A DNA stretch of 64,000 nt, from contig MU004240.1 in the NCBI GenBank assembly GCA_010405405.1, forward strand, positions 634,316 to 698,315, written 5' to 3'. Shown here in pieces: positions 37,435-50,806 of the stretch. Within the stretch, counting starts at the first letter, position 1, and each line of letters begins with the position of its first letter. The stretch is from Microthyrium microscopicum (taxonomy: Eukaryota). The position numbers were made by a program, and so were the translations under genes. Under the pieces are notes generated by a model. That model had not been told where the DNA came from. It ran no database searches and worked only from the letters and a program-made list of their open reading frames with translations.

Positions 37435-38190
37435 ATGTCGACCGCTTTGCTCAATACGCTCACAAACCTCAAGGTAAGCCAACTTGACCCCGCGATGATA
37501 TTAGCCACTTATTTTGTTGCAGGTGACTGCTTCCCAGCTAAAACGGCAGGCTTTGAAAGCCGAGACAGAATCGAAGTCGCACGAGAAGAAGGCAGAAAAC
37601 GTAAGGAGCAGCTAAACTGATGGTCCGGCAATAAGCTAACCGAATCGCCCAGGCAATGGCGAAAGGGCAACAGGACATCGCTCGGATCTACATGGAGAGC
37701 TCCATCCAGAAATCAAACGAGCACAAAAACGTGCTCAAGCTCTCAGTGCAAGTAGAGATGATGGCTGCTAAAGTACGAACCGCTTCGACTATGCAGACTA
37801 TGGGAAGAAATATGGCGCAGGCTACCAAGGCTATGGAAAATGCAGCACGGGCGATGGATGTAGAAGCTGTGGGTTTCCATTATCACGAAATCTTGCTTGT
37901 TGACTGACCTGAATGTCCAGGTGACCCTTATCATGGATCGATTCCAAGAATCGGCCGAAAACGTTGATGTAACCGTCGGTACCTACGAGCACGCAACATC
38001 CTCCGTCATAGCCACAGCAGCGCCTACCGAACAGGTCGATGAAATGATGGCTAGGCTAGCAGACAAAGTCGGAGTAAAGTTGCAACAAGACCTAGACGCC
38101 GCAAAACCTGCGGACAACAAGGTTGGCAGATTAGACGAGCAAGAAAGTGGCCTGGAGGACAGACTCAAAGCCATCAGAAATACAGCTTAG
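37435..38190 (+). CDS. DID2: ESCRT-III-associated Did2/Vps46 (CHMP1) Snf7-family protein; 3 introns
   Basis: NLK|VTASQLKRQA, AMAKGQQDIARIY, KVRTASTM, IMDRF, QVDEMM.RLAD, C-terminal MIM1-like LEDRLKAIR. Confidence 0.85.
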
Positions 38191-38434
38191 GTTGATTCAA
38201 TACTCGTCGCAACATTATAGTGTATCATTTTGCTCATTGTACATCGGGAAGCTGGAGTTTCGCATTCGCCTGTATTCTACATAACTCCAAGAGTCTTACG
38301 TCTTCTCCCTTGGATCGGGTCTCCTTCAAATAGGCTTCGTACCTAATCAATTTCCTATATCACACTAGCATCTATTCCATACTTGTCCACGTCTCTGGGC
38401 TTGGATCGCCATCAAAGTTGTAATTTGAAGGTTT

Positions 38435-41214
38435 CTATCCAAGCTTGATATCCATGCGCTCAATTGTTTGTTGGTACCAGCTGTTGGCCCAGATCCTTCC
38501 AGCTCCATGACGATATGCGACTCCATTCTCCAATTTTATCCAGAGCACTTGGACGTATTCATACCGATCCTTGTAGAACTCCGTATCTGGCTCAACCTGA
38601 AACTGTGCTACTTCTGGGTAAGCTGAACGAGACGCTGTGATCCAAGGAATGCTACCATGGTGGATAGCAATCAGTAGACACTCTTTTCCTGCTTCATAGT
38701 GAGCCGATGGTATATTCGTCTTCAACGTTCCAGCCCAGGAGTCATGCAAGTCATGAACCATGACCTCAACGCATTCATCATCGTGCGATTTGAACAGCCC
38801 TCGTCTCGCGGGTTGCTTCAGAACGAACTTGGCCGTATCTACTGCTGCAAATATATAGAGAGACCAGGGAGACTGAGAAAGTCTTCTTGGTGCCCTGGAT
38901 GAGACTAATGGTACCGGATTGCCAAATAGAAGGCGCTCCTTCCGGTTCGAGGACTCATCAATGGCCACTTTGTAATAATGTGGCTCTTTTTTGATGAGCC
39001 TTCGTTCCCAACCTTCAGGGGGATCGTCAGTTGTATTAGTAGCCCATTGTTCCCACTTGTGGTACGTGTTGTCGATATTGGCAAAATCTTCATTTCGCAT
39101 GTTCTCGTTCTGCTTTTTCCATTGAACCATTCTGCGATGGAGGATGCGACCTGAAGCTGAATGATGTACCGTCCATTCCTCCATGTCTATCTGACCTTTC
39201 CATCCAAGCCAAGACTAGTACACATTCTCAGTCAGCATACTCCTGGAGCAACATCAGGAGATCATTCGTTTTCTGGACTTACCCAAGACGGAAACTCTTT
39301 CCTTCTTCCGTCTACTTTAACATGACTCCATGCAAGGGCGATGTCAAAGACAAACTCCGGCAGCCCGTACAGAATTCCTCCAGGAAAGCTTGAAGAACAG
39401 GTTGTAATTATAGCACCAAACGCCCTTTCTGCATCTTCTTGCTTCGTTAGCTGTCTTTTCGAGTAGCTATTGCAGTAGTTCCTATATTGTTGCATGTCCG
39501 GCCATAGTTGAGCTGATACCCTATGTCGAGCGCTCTCATCGTGAGAGTCAACCGGGATATCAATTGCTGTATGTATTGATCCTAAATGCTCATGAAAGCT
39601 ACCCTTGAGGCATTCCCATTTGACGGTTTGGTCATAGAAAACTAGGCTTCTTCTCGATAAGGCTCGTTCCTGAAAAGTCCAGCCACGTGAGTGCTGGAAG
39701 TCGTCAGTATGTCTGTGCTAAGGCTGCCAACAGCTTGAGGAATAGGAATGAGGATGTTCTTTATTACTCACCCATGTACTGCTTCTCTCGCTGGGAACAG
39801 TAACACACCCGTAATCCTGTTTACCATAACGAAATATTGGCTCAAAATCTCGAGTACCTGAAGAAGAGTTTGGTATCCCTCGCAGTCCATGTTCTGCATC
39901 CCGCCCATTTGCGGCGATAATAGTGAAATATGCCTGAGAGTATATTGCATCCATTGACCCTATGTCTTCATCTTTCCTTTTCTTATCATTTTGTATGATG
40001 CAAAACCGATCTACCCACAAGTATCGGATTCCCAAAGCTTTCGTGAGGAGGATGGCATCTTTCACAGTTGCAGGGACCTTAGTCCAACTTCTTTCAAAGG
40101 CACCGGGTATCTGGAGAGCCTCGAGGCTCTGCAGATCTGTTTCAAATACTCCAGCAGAATTTTGATTCGAGCCCCTTCAGAATCTTAGCTTATATCCGCC
40201 CTCGCTTCGGCTGACCTACCAGACGTAAGATAGAGCTACGTATTGTATCGGAGTCGCGATGGTTTCAAGACAGCTGCTGAACACATCAATAGCAAGTCGT
40301 GGATGAGAGGTAGTTGATGGGCCTGGGCGAAGACAAGCGCCTTGGTGTTTTCCGTTGCAGTATGAAATCCACTGTCGAAGCTGTGCAACGCTGATTTCAA
40401 ACCTGTCTGGTGTCACGAAGTATTGTTCAGGAGTTTCCTCTCTTCTCTCTACTAAATCCTCTTTGGTAAATTCAGGGTCATAAGGCGACTCATCGTTCAG
40501 TGACCTAGAGTGGCTCAACAGTAAGACATCATTGTCGAAGTCAATAGCATCCTGGAACATATATTAGAAAACAAACACATCTGAACGAACTATTTGCTTT
40601 TGGGTTGTCAAGGCACTTGAGCGTAGAGCTGAAGGTCTTCAAACGATAGACAAGATGAATGGCGGCTTCCGTGAACGATATTATAGGTATGCGCTCTCCG
40701 GGAAACAACACCCTCTTTCGCAGAGCTTCAGAGAATGGAGCCAGTAAAGGTAATGTTATCGGCCATTTATCTTGTCCATTGATGTACTTCTAGGTTATAG
40801 CACATTGCCAAACGGTGGAGGGTTGTGGTAAATAAAAATACTTACTTGACAATGTAACCTAAATGCGTCGTTGCCAAATGACATGAGGCTAAGGACGCAT
40901 TCCGAGTTGTATTTGTGTACACCATTTGATTGAAAATATCTGACAATTTGCTGACACTGAGGACAGCCCACTCCGCCCTCTAGCTGCCCTAGGGTAACAG
41001 TAGCGAGTGCTTCATAATTATCGAACTCTAGAGAATCTTTACGCTTCGGTCTCTCTAGTGCTTGTCGAAAAGTGTTGCAAGTAAGACATGATTCAGGTTC
41101 CTCTATGCTTGGTAGCGTGCGAATGTCGGAGCCGCTTCTGGTCAAGAGTAAATTGTGATTCCAATCTGTTTCTGAACTCGAAGGACTGCAGGCTGTTCCG
41201 GTCGAGGTATTCAT
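38435..41214 (-). CDS. Heterokaryon-incompatibility (HET) domain protein, multi-exon
   Basis: YVALSYVW|G, PATVKDAI..TKALGIRYLWVDRFCIIQ, MDAIYSQAYFTIIAA, W|HSRGWTFQE..LSRR, LT...DA..AF, FPSW|SWLGW. Confidence 0.88.
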
Positions 41215-42227
41215 CTTCTGGATCCAGGGCCGAAGTTCAAAAGACGCATAAAAAGACGTTCATTAGTAGGCACAAAAGACGAAACAGGCAAAACAACTTC
41301 CACACCCCAAAGAGTGCGCCTGTGAGTATACAAGTCTAAAAGATAGTGATCATCAAATTGCAGGTCAACTCGAGGCCGGTAACACGACAAGGCGAGCGGC
41401 TAGCAGCCGCTGGCTATGGTTGAAAGTCAGGCCCGGCATGGCTGAGATACCTGGTAATGCATGAACTTCTAAGCCACAATAGATTTGATTTGCAGCAGGA
41501 CATGGTTGAAGAATGCATGGCTCAACTTCCTCGTGGCTGAATGAAATCTGGTAGGCGAGGTTGAAGGATTGACAGCTCCTCATCAGCGGACAGGGTGAAT
41601 GGCACTCCCGCCGACGGCGAGGCATAGGTATCATAGCCCATCAAGCTTTTGTATTCTCGTTTTGTATAGCGCCTAATAGTTTGCCTGCGTTTTGACGCTT
41701 CTGTCAGAGAAATAAACATTTCGTCTGATAGAGCAGTGGCTGATCGCGATGCGGAGGGAGCATGCAGATCCAACAACGCCCATAATCTATCCTTTACTTA
41801 ACAAATGAGTCCACAAAATGCTCGAGACAGATTAAGTACGACATGATAGCGTTGGTACAAAACCGGATGATACACAAAGTAGAAGTGAAGTTAGACCTGT
41901 ACTGAAGTTGAAGAAAAGGGGCGACAACAGTGTAGCCGAATTAGGCTAGCCAATTTTATGCGGCATCAAGAATCACAGATTTATCAGATTTTCTGGGTAG
42001 AAAAATTGTAGCGCCTTGAAAAAATATGATACTGCAAATTCCTCTCTATCCTCAAGGGTATAACTCTGCCTACTCTTGGATTTTGTTAAAACATCTCACC
42101 GATTCCATACATTCTGTTGCCGAGGCGCAAATCAATGACGAGTACCAAAACATCCAACATGCCAGGGACTGAACCTTTTGCAATGCTATATAGGCAATGA
42201 AAAATATATTTTCTCTGTATCAGCGCA

Positions 42228-44428
42228 ATGTCTTCATCAAGCGGACTTGCTATCACGAATCCTTTAGTACTATATCGATCTCTTGTAGCTACTAGCCGCA
42301 TTCGTCCCGATCCAGCTCAGCATCGACTTGGTAGGTCTAGTCCACGCGTATAGCTTCAAGATAGTTCTGCTGCGCCCCTTATCCAAACTGAAAGCAACAT
42401 GAAGAACGTGGAACTAAGAAAGGGCACATTATGGAAATTCAAAAGACCATGATTTCAATGCTTTCGTAGTTTGAACGCCCTTACTGACCGACCTATCTAG
42501 CGATCCACTTGTCCAACCTATATGACAACCTCAAAGACTACCAACCAACTATTGATCAAAGTCAACGTCTCGCTCAACTCACTCAAGCTCTGAAACAACG
42601 CCCAATTCCAGATGGCCCCGTCAACCCTCAAGCTCGCCGTGCCTCTAGCTTCTGGAAGTCGCTCCTGGCCGACAAGGCCGCCCAGGACTCTCTTGCTTTA
42701 ACCCGCCGTCTGACCTCTCATGATGCCGCCATGAGCATCCCATCTCCACGCGGCTTGTTGCTTCATGGCGCTGTAGGCACCGGCAAAAGCATGCTCGTCG
42801 ACCTCTTCGCTGCTAGTCTGCCAGTCGCGCGAAAGCGCCGCATGCACTATAGCGCCTTTATGTTGTATGTCGTCGCGCGGCTAGAAGCATTGCGGAGAAT
42901 GCGTTTGGCAGAAGGAGCCAGTGATGAGCATGCACTGGTGTGGCTGGCGCGAGAGCTGGCGGAGACGAGTCCGGTGCTGTTCTTGGATGAGTTTCAACTG
43001 CCAGATCGGATGGCAGCAAAGACGCTGGCAGGATTAATGACTGGCTACTTTGCCCTTGGCGGCGTGCTAGTGGCGACGAGTAATCGGTTACCGGATGAGT
43101 TGGCGAAGGCGGCAGGCAGCGAATGGGGACTCGGATTGGGAGGAAGAGCGCGGGAAAAGAGTGACTTTGCGGACTTCTTGGAGCTTTTGAAGACGAGGTG
43201 TGAAGTGTGGGAGATGGAAGGTCGGATGGACTACAGACGGCCGACGGGCGAGAAAGGCGTGGCTGTGGAGCATGGTGTTGATGAAGTTGGCGTTGAAGAT
43301 ATCATTGGTACTGAAAGTTCAGCAAAAGAGATGGATGACGAAAAGCATAATACCACAGCACCGCCAAAGTACATTATGCTACCGGAAACACACAAGCATG
43401 ACCCACAATCTGCCATATCGGACCTTGCATTAAGAGTACTCTCCACAACTCCAACGTGGACGCCAGCCACTGCAATCATCTACGGTCGTACCATTCCGAT
43501 CCCACGCACACACAATGGCATATCGGCCTGGACATTTGATGAACTCTGCGCTATACCTTTGGGCCCAGCAGACTACATCACACTCGCCTCAACCCACCAC
43601 ACCATCTTAATTACCAATGTCCCCACACTCGTCTCAGCACTCAAGAATGAGGCCCGCCGCTTCATCACCCTTCTAGATGCTCTATATGAGGCACGCTGTA
43701 AACTCGCCATCTCTGCCACCGCGCCTCCAGACTCACTCTTCTTTCCCGACTTACATCACACCAGTCAAAACGCCGCCGATGCCGAAGCTGATGCAATGCA
43801 AGCAGAAACCTTTGGCGAAATGCATCAAGATCTAACGTCCCCATTTCGACCTAACATCAGCAGCTACGCTCAACCAGATGATGCAATCGAAGATGATCCG
43901 CCGAACCGCATGCGGCGCAGCGCGCTGGGCGAAGGCCTGAGCGAACAAGATCGCATTGAACGCATTGATGCATTGCGACGGCCAAACAGTACGGTGGATT
44001 TCGCAAAGGCAGGCATGTTTGTTGGCGAGGACGAGCAGTTTGCATACAAGCGGGCAAGGAGTCGGCTGTGGGAGATGTGTGGGGAGCAGTGGTGGGCGCG
44101 AGAGGGAATAGACTGGTGGAAGCCCCTGGAGAAGGAGGCGAGAACATGGGAAGGACTGATGAGCGAAAGGATTGCCGGTATGGACAAAACTGCAAGCGGG
44201 AAAGTGCAGGTGAACGACCAAGAAAGTATGGGTGAGGCCAGAGGAGTGAGTGAGGATCAAGACGAGGTGTTATTTAGGGATGGAGCCAGCCCATTTCGGG
44301 TACATCCAGAAGCACCGCCCAAGATACGCGATGAACACGTGTGGGGAGTCGCGAGTTGGGGAAAACGAGCTGGTGCTTGGGGTCAAGGAGTAGACGGCCT
44401 CAAAGATAGAGACAAAAGTAAGCCATAG
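42228..44428 (+). CDS. AFG1/LACE1/ZapE-family ATPase; intron 42331-42500
   Basis: Exon 1 PLVLYRSLVATSRIRPDPAQHRL; Walker A GLLLHGAVGTGKSML; Walker B LFLDEFQLPD; VATSNRLPDEL, LGPADY, NEARRFITLLDALYE. Confidence 0.92.
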
Positions 44429-44551
44429 ACACATAGAAATCACAAAGATGAGAAATATGATAGTAGTCAATCAAATCCGACCCCAGACACCGGAGTTGGC
44501 CCGTTCATTAGGAACTTGGACATGCAATACAGTATGACTTTTTCTGACCCT

Positions 44552-45119
44552 TCACTCGTTCTCTACGACCGTGGTGTGTAGACCTTTGGGATTCTTGACG
44601 TTGACGGCCTGCACATAGCTGTAGAGCTTCTCCTTTGCGCCCTCCTCGTCATTACGCTTTCTTGAGATGCGAACGCGTAGTCTGTATGGCACACCCTTGA
44701 CACCGGATTCCCAGACCTTCTTGTTGAGCTGGGGGTCGAGGCGGACATCGGAGGTACCCTAGAGTCGTCGCATGAGTAAAAATCGCACAGTGACCAAGCT
44801 GTAGACTTACCATAGCCTTGTGGGCAAATGCGCGAATCTCCTTGATAGCTTTTGGAGCTCTCTTCTTGAAGGCTACGCCATGAACCTGTGCAAAAACGAA
44901 TCAGTCTTCCGCCCGATACCAATGTGCTTTGAGATGCAGATTTGGCCCTTGATGGACTTCACAAAACTGATTTATAGGGAGGGTCTGGGTGTTTGATGCC
45001 ATTGAGGCAATTCAAAAACGTACTCGCTTGTGAAGGTGGATGGTGTATTCGCGGGCGACGACGTCGGCAATGGCACTGCGGCCAGCCTTGGGCTCTTTGG
45101 TAGCTTTCGATTTGGCCAT
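44552..45119 (-). CDS. RPL31: 60S ribosomal protein eL31; 2 introns
   Basis: DVVAREYTIHLHKR|VHGVAFKKRAPKAIKEIRAFAHKAM|GTSDVRLDPQLNKKVWESGVKGVPYRLRVRISRKRNDEE. Confidence 0.97.
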
Positions 45120-47025
45120 TGCTAAATGAAACTGGTTAGAAACGAGCTCTCAAAGAATTTTGGCGATCAGAATACCTGTGATTTGACAATGGTCGTCGTG
45201 TAGTCGAATTGTGCAATTGCTAGGCCTTGCAATATTTTGGAGCAAGAAGTTGGAGAGTGTGGGCTTGGCATGGTCTGTGCTGGATGAATCAGCAGCTCCA
45301 AGGGCTCTAGCCAGATTTGGCTGAGGCGGATTTTCCGACTTCAAAATGCTGGAAAAGTACCTTTTGAATCCGAAACTTGGGACTTCAACCACTCAACTGC
45401 TTTGCCATCAAGGTTCCAAATAGTAACCGTAACTCATTTTCGCTTCATTGTCCGCATCTATTCCCCTATGCGACACTCTTGGTGCCGCTCCATAATAGGA
45501 AGCTACCTATGCACTGCCAACAGATTGCAAAGATATGGAAGGATAACGATGATAGACCTATCTCTTCGAATCCATCGATTGCCGATGCAGATTATTGAGT
45601 ATCTACTCTATCAAGAACTAACCATGAAAACCTGGTGTCGATCGAAAATCGTGGGAGCAAGCTAACCTCATCAGATTTGTTTGAGAATGATAGGCTAAGA
45701 ACTTGTTATTCATGCTTTATAGTAATGATTCCCAAGTATTGCTATTAAAATTGTGCGTTTGCCTCATAAGCCAAGGGATTGCTATATCACAATGTAGTCG
45801 GACTATCAATAACTCGTCATGCTGTGCATAGTACCCGAGAATTGCTCCCACTTGTATATTTGGTGCGCCAAGTAACGGCACAACGACTCCTATGAATTGG
45901 AACATTGCATATTATAATACTTAGTCGTCCAACGCACTTCAATGTGCCTACCTCCGTACTCTGACATGGTTCCAATCAGGTGAGCTAGTTGTGTGCTCCT
46001 CTCATCAACTGCAGGCGTGATGTGCCCCATGACAATTTCTGAAGTAAGACGGCTCTAACTCCCAGGACATTCGATAACGGACATAGAAGTCTAATCAATA
46101 TTATTGAGACGTAGATAGCTTATTTTTGGGTATATCAGCAGCAAGTAATAAACTCACCTATATCCTAGAGCATCTCCTGTACGGCTACTTCGTACTGCTT
46201 CTTGACGTGAAAAGTTTGGAATATCAAACTACCTAAGCAATTGTTAGCAACGACAACAACTGCATTGGACTTCTATCAATTCTCGGGGACTTTCCCGTTC
46301 CAACTGCTGTTGCACCAGTAATCTTCACCGGGCCGAATGCATGAAAATGTTCCTGACTCCTGAGCCTGTCAAAATAAACTCCGAGCCGGTGAAGCTGTAG
46401 GTTTCAGAGATGGCCGGCGCCACATCGCCAGGTCTGAAGCTAGGATCCACTACGAAGCACCAATTGAATTGGCGAATCGCATACTTAGTGTTAAAAAACC
46501 TGGACTTGCGGCTGAACCAAAATATTATGCTTGTCCTTTCTTGGAACCATGGCTGGGTATCGCGTCGCCTTTCCCCAACTCCACCGTGACCAAGTGAGAT
46601 TGAAGTCTGAAGGTTGTCAGTCGTACGAACTTGCTGAGAACGTGTTCAATGCTTTGTTTGAACTACCTTTGATATGTTTTCCAGCTGCAGTACATGGTAA
46701 TACATGCTTCAGATGGTTGCTCAGGCAGCGTTGCTGCATAGCAGAATCAATCACGACGTCTTGACCAATGTTAGAATTTCCGGTTGACACTTGGCTGGCT
46801 GCAAGAAGAAAGTGGCGTCACGATCCGCGACTTTGTGGAGTCAATCAGAAAAGGGTGAGAAACTCGTGGTCAGACAATAATATCTTAGGAAAACAATTCC
46901 GATCAGAATCGTTCCTACTTCCTACCATTTCCTCCTTTTTTCCATCACGAAACTCTGACCTCTAACGACATCTCGCGCTTCAATCGTACAAAAAGATACC
47001 TTAATCTCTAATACAACTCCTCAAA

Positions 47026-47764
47026 ATGCGTTACGCTGCTGCCATTTCCTTCTTCGCTAGCCTTGCTGCTGCCGCGACCACTACGACCACGGCTGCCGCT
47101 TCCGGCAGCACCATTTGTCCTGCTACGAAGTAAGACCAGTTCATACAAGTCAGAATCATTATGTTCCTTCAGTAGAACTGAAGGACTACATTGAGGACCA
47201 CAAATTTTAGTTGGCTACGGGTTTCAATAAGTTGCTAACTTTATCTCCTCACAGCATTGTCGATGCCTGCCTGTCAACCACCCAAGCCATACTTACATCT
47301 TGCGCAGCTAATGACTGGTCATGTATGTGCACAGCTCAGCAATCGGTTGTAACGTGAGTTTCTGCACGCCGGGTGTATATTATGCAACCATCGGTATTAG
47401 TCTTGTTTGAACATCCATTGACTTGCCAATCTAGCTGCTTCAACAACTGCCCTCAAGACGCGCGCGCCTCCTCAGCCAACAGCGAGCTCATTCAATGGTG
47501 TGCCGCTGCTAGCCAGTACGTTATATCATATATGGCAAAACCTGCCAAAATACATGAACAGGGCATCTCTAACATTTGACTAGGGTCGCTACCACTTCAA
47601 CCGCTGCCGTCTCTGGATCGTCTACCAAGGCCACTGCTGCCAGTGCTACCACCGGTACAGGAAGCTCTACCAGCAGCACTGCCGCTGTTAAGACTGGTGC
47701 TGCTGGTATCATCGCTCCAGGAAGCGGCATGCTCGCCATGGCCATTGGCGCTGCTCTTCTTTAA
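47026..47764 (+). CDS. Small GPI-anchored Ser/Thr-rich cell-surface protein with 8-Cys N-domain; 3 introns
   Basis: Signal peptide MRYAAAISFFASLAAA; C..IVDAC...SCAANDWSCMC...CFNNCP...WC; S/T stalk; hydrophobic GPI-type tail GMLAMAIGAALL. Confidence 0.85.
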
Positions 47765-50700
47765 GCAATCGCTTTGCTTTACCATTCGACCAAAATTCGC
47801 GCAACGGAGTATACCAAATCAAACTGCGATTTCACAATCAAGCGAGTTTCTGAGATTTACACAAATGTAATTAGCTAATGAACAAAATTTTCAAAGAGCC
47901 TTCAAAATCCTTGGCTCAACATTCGTGGAGAGGTATATATATGCTGCGTACAAGTATAAATACCCTCTTCAGAGCTGAGCACTGAGCAACACATCCCGTA
48001 CTAGATACAGTCCAATGCCCGGAATGAGCTTCTCGATATCCTTCCTCCCCGTCTCTGCGGTACGTGCGTTTTCCACGTTTCCTGAAGAAATGGTTAAGCA
48101 AACAAGGGTTTGCATGTCTCGCAGCAACGTCGACGCATGCGAGCAATAAAGTCTGAGAGACAGCGTAACCTGAAAACACCATCGTTTATCCTACCGGTAT
48201 GGCAAAGATAGCTCAGTCGTCCGCGCGTTAAGACCAATTAGCCCAACCGTGGCCCTGGAGCCCGGTATGAGACGCTGGATATATTGCGGGTTCACATGCA
48301 CGGGCTTCTGGTATCATGTCCTCACCATGCTGGTCTCTATTGGGAAGAAGATGGGGACAGCCAGGAGACAAGTGAACGAGTTTGGCCGATGTATACTCTG
48401 GCTATACATTAAATTCGGTTGCACAAAATCGCGCAGACGAACCCGAACAGCACGCGGGTGTACGCATCCCTGTGAAGATATGGTCCTCGGTAAGGGTCGT
48501 CTGGTTCAGTCACGGACGTCGTAGTTCCGTTTAACGTCACTCTGAAGAGCCTAGACGATGATTTTTAAATTAAGGGCAGGTCCCATCTCGGCTTGACTAC
48601 CCTGGGTGGTCAAAGTGAAAGGGCCCCGCAGTATTTTGGAATTTCCACTGGTTCGAGGCTACGCTACAAAGTATTTGTTGCAAGGGTGAGAGTATGTTTG
48701 GCAGGCAATATAGTACGAGCGGTTCGTTGTAACCCTTCAAAAGCTTGAGTGCAGATGCTTACTGGTATATCGTTCCCAGAACCACGATGTAGCTTCCAAG
48801 TGCCGCGGCGTGCAGAGTTTTATCCAGGATATTGAGTGATAGACATTACAGAGGAGTACAGTCTTCCATAGATGGTGCCCCCTGGGCTGATTTAGTTACG
48901 CTTTGGGCATTCCATCCGAGCATCTGGGGAAAGCACCGACTCGGCGGATGGGTGTTTATGGGCATATTGAATAACTGGAAGAATGCTTTGCGTTCGCTTG
49001 TCACATGGATTCTGGCACGAGTTGCTGTGATGGTGACAGTCGCAAGGGACTCACCACACCCGCACAAGCTATCCAGAAGTAATTGGATGAGGGCCTGGCA
49101 GCAGAAGTGATCAGGGCTCCTGGAAGATGTATCTGATGACCAAGAAAGGAAACACTGCCCACAGATATGGTCATGATCGTTGACAGAGAAGATGGTTGAA
49201 TTTCAACGGTAATAATTACTTTGTGGGCACTGTTTGACAGATGGTTGACAGCGGATGGATGGAGATCAATTGATAGATGCCAAGTAAACTCATAAATAGC
49301 AGACGTGGCGATAGATGAGAAAGGCTGGGCATGTACTGTAGACCACTCAGCCAACTACTGGAGTAGAATACATGTCGATTGAATACGCCATATGGTGTGG
49401 GGTGCATAAAGCATGCAGCACGATAGTGGATTGATGAATGTATGATCTGATCCATCCAGCAGGAGCCGGGGCGGTTTTGATATTGACACTAGCTGAGGTA
49501 CCTCGTGGTACTGATACTGCTCTCCCCACACAGGAACATGGCGTGGCGCGAACATCCTACTTCTCGACTACTCGGGCCCGGTTCCTATAATCCGCTGTGG
49601 TGGGACACTGATATCGTATCTGGGGTCGCGCGTGTGCAAGTACGTGTGGGGCTTGTTCCACCCAAACCAGAACGTCAACTGGTACAGTGGGCACCGTCAG
49701 GCTTAGAGTCGTAACAACTTACGGGCCGAATCCTACCAAGTCGACCTGCAATCCTGAATTTCTAATAATGCCTTTTGGGTCCAAACTCAAAGTCTAAAAG
49801 AACCAGAAACTTACATCTACCTCAAGCAGGGTCCTCCAACTGCTCTCGGCCACAGTACGTCCGCGCATTGCCGCTCCATTTGGCCGTGACAAGTTCCCCC
49901 ATACCCTACAAGGGAAAAATCAAATATGCAAGAGCGCGTGTGCCATATTTACAGCTCTTTCGTCTTGCTACCTGCCGCCGTCGCCTTTAGCCCTGTCTGC
50001 TATAGCTAACCTCTACGATATGCTTCTGAGATCACTTACTGCGGCCCGCATACCCAGCTTGTCCATTGGCTTGAGGTCCGCCCATGCATGCCCAGCCCAA
50101 TATCGAGTCCCATTTTGTCGCCTGCATCTTGCCCGTTTTTCCAATTGCTCCCAGACAGGGCCATCTATGCTGATCCAGCACTCTATGACTACTCTTCGGC
50201 CCTACTAGCTGGCTTGGGTTTGGTGCTGCTCCTCTTCCCTGCTCTCCGCTTTGCAAAAGCCCAGACAGATCGCCACCATCATCGTGGCCGATGAGCTGCG
50301 TTGGGCGTGTGCTCCTAACATTCCCTTTGTGCAATGCGGAGGTCATGTCACCGGATCCTGGTTGAAGAACTGACCAAGCTCGTCCTGGCCTCTCTCGTCA
50401 GTCCCGGCCGACGGGACTATTCAGTTGTAGCAGTTCCCATCGACCACTACTCTTTCCCTTCTCCATAAATCCAATTTGTGCGCTTTGGCCTCGGCGAACT
50501 GCTCGTGCCCAGGTTCATTCATCTCCCATCTGTTCCAAAAGTATACTTTTCTTCCTTAGCTTTGTTTGTGAATTACTCTCCACCTCATCATCGTCGACGC
50601 CTATGACACGAAGTCCTTTGCGAACGCCATTACCGTGACCGATATCTGATAGTCGCAATTCTTCTTGATATGACGCTCGATACCACTGGACTCGAACATC

Positions 50701-50806
50701 GCCACATCACGTCCGCTCGCTGTTAAATCTAGCTGTTGCTGCTGTTGAGCACATCCAGAACCAATGGGTTGCCAACCGCCGTCCAAATCGCTAGACATTG
50801 ATTATC

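Noticed and set aside
19034..38190. Functional cluster of vacuole/endosome genes (ATG15, VPS9 GEF, Tda3-like, DID2)
   Set aside because: They are interspersed with unrelated genes over ~19 kb, which is compatible with chance.
42331..42500. Hidden RNA in the 170-nt AFG1-like intron
   Set aside because: No convincing C/D pair in the right order and no rRNA-complementary stretch recognised.
44887..45021. snoRNA in the longer RPL31 intron
   Set aside because: Ribosomal protein introns often host snoRNAs, but there is no RTGATGA C box or clear H/ACA layout here.
48200..50000. Short ORFs in the long intergenic region
   Set aside because: No motif or coding signal. More likely promoter or leader DNA of the fusion gene.
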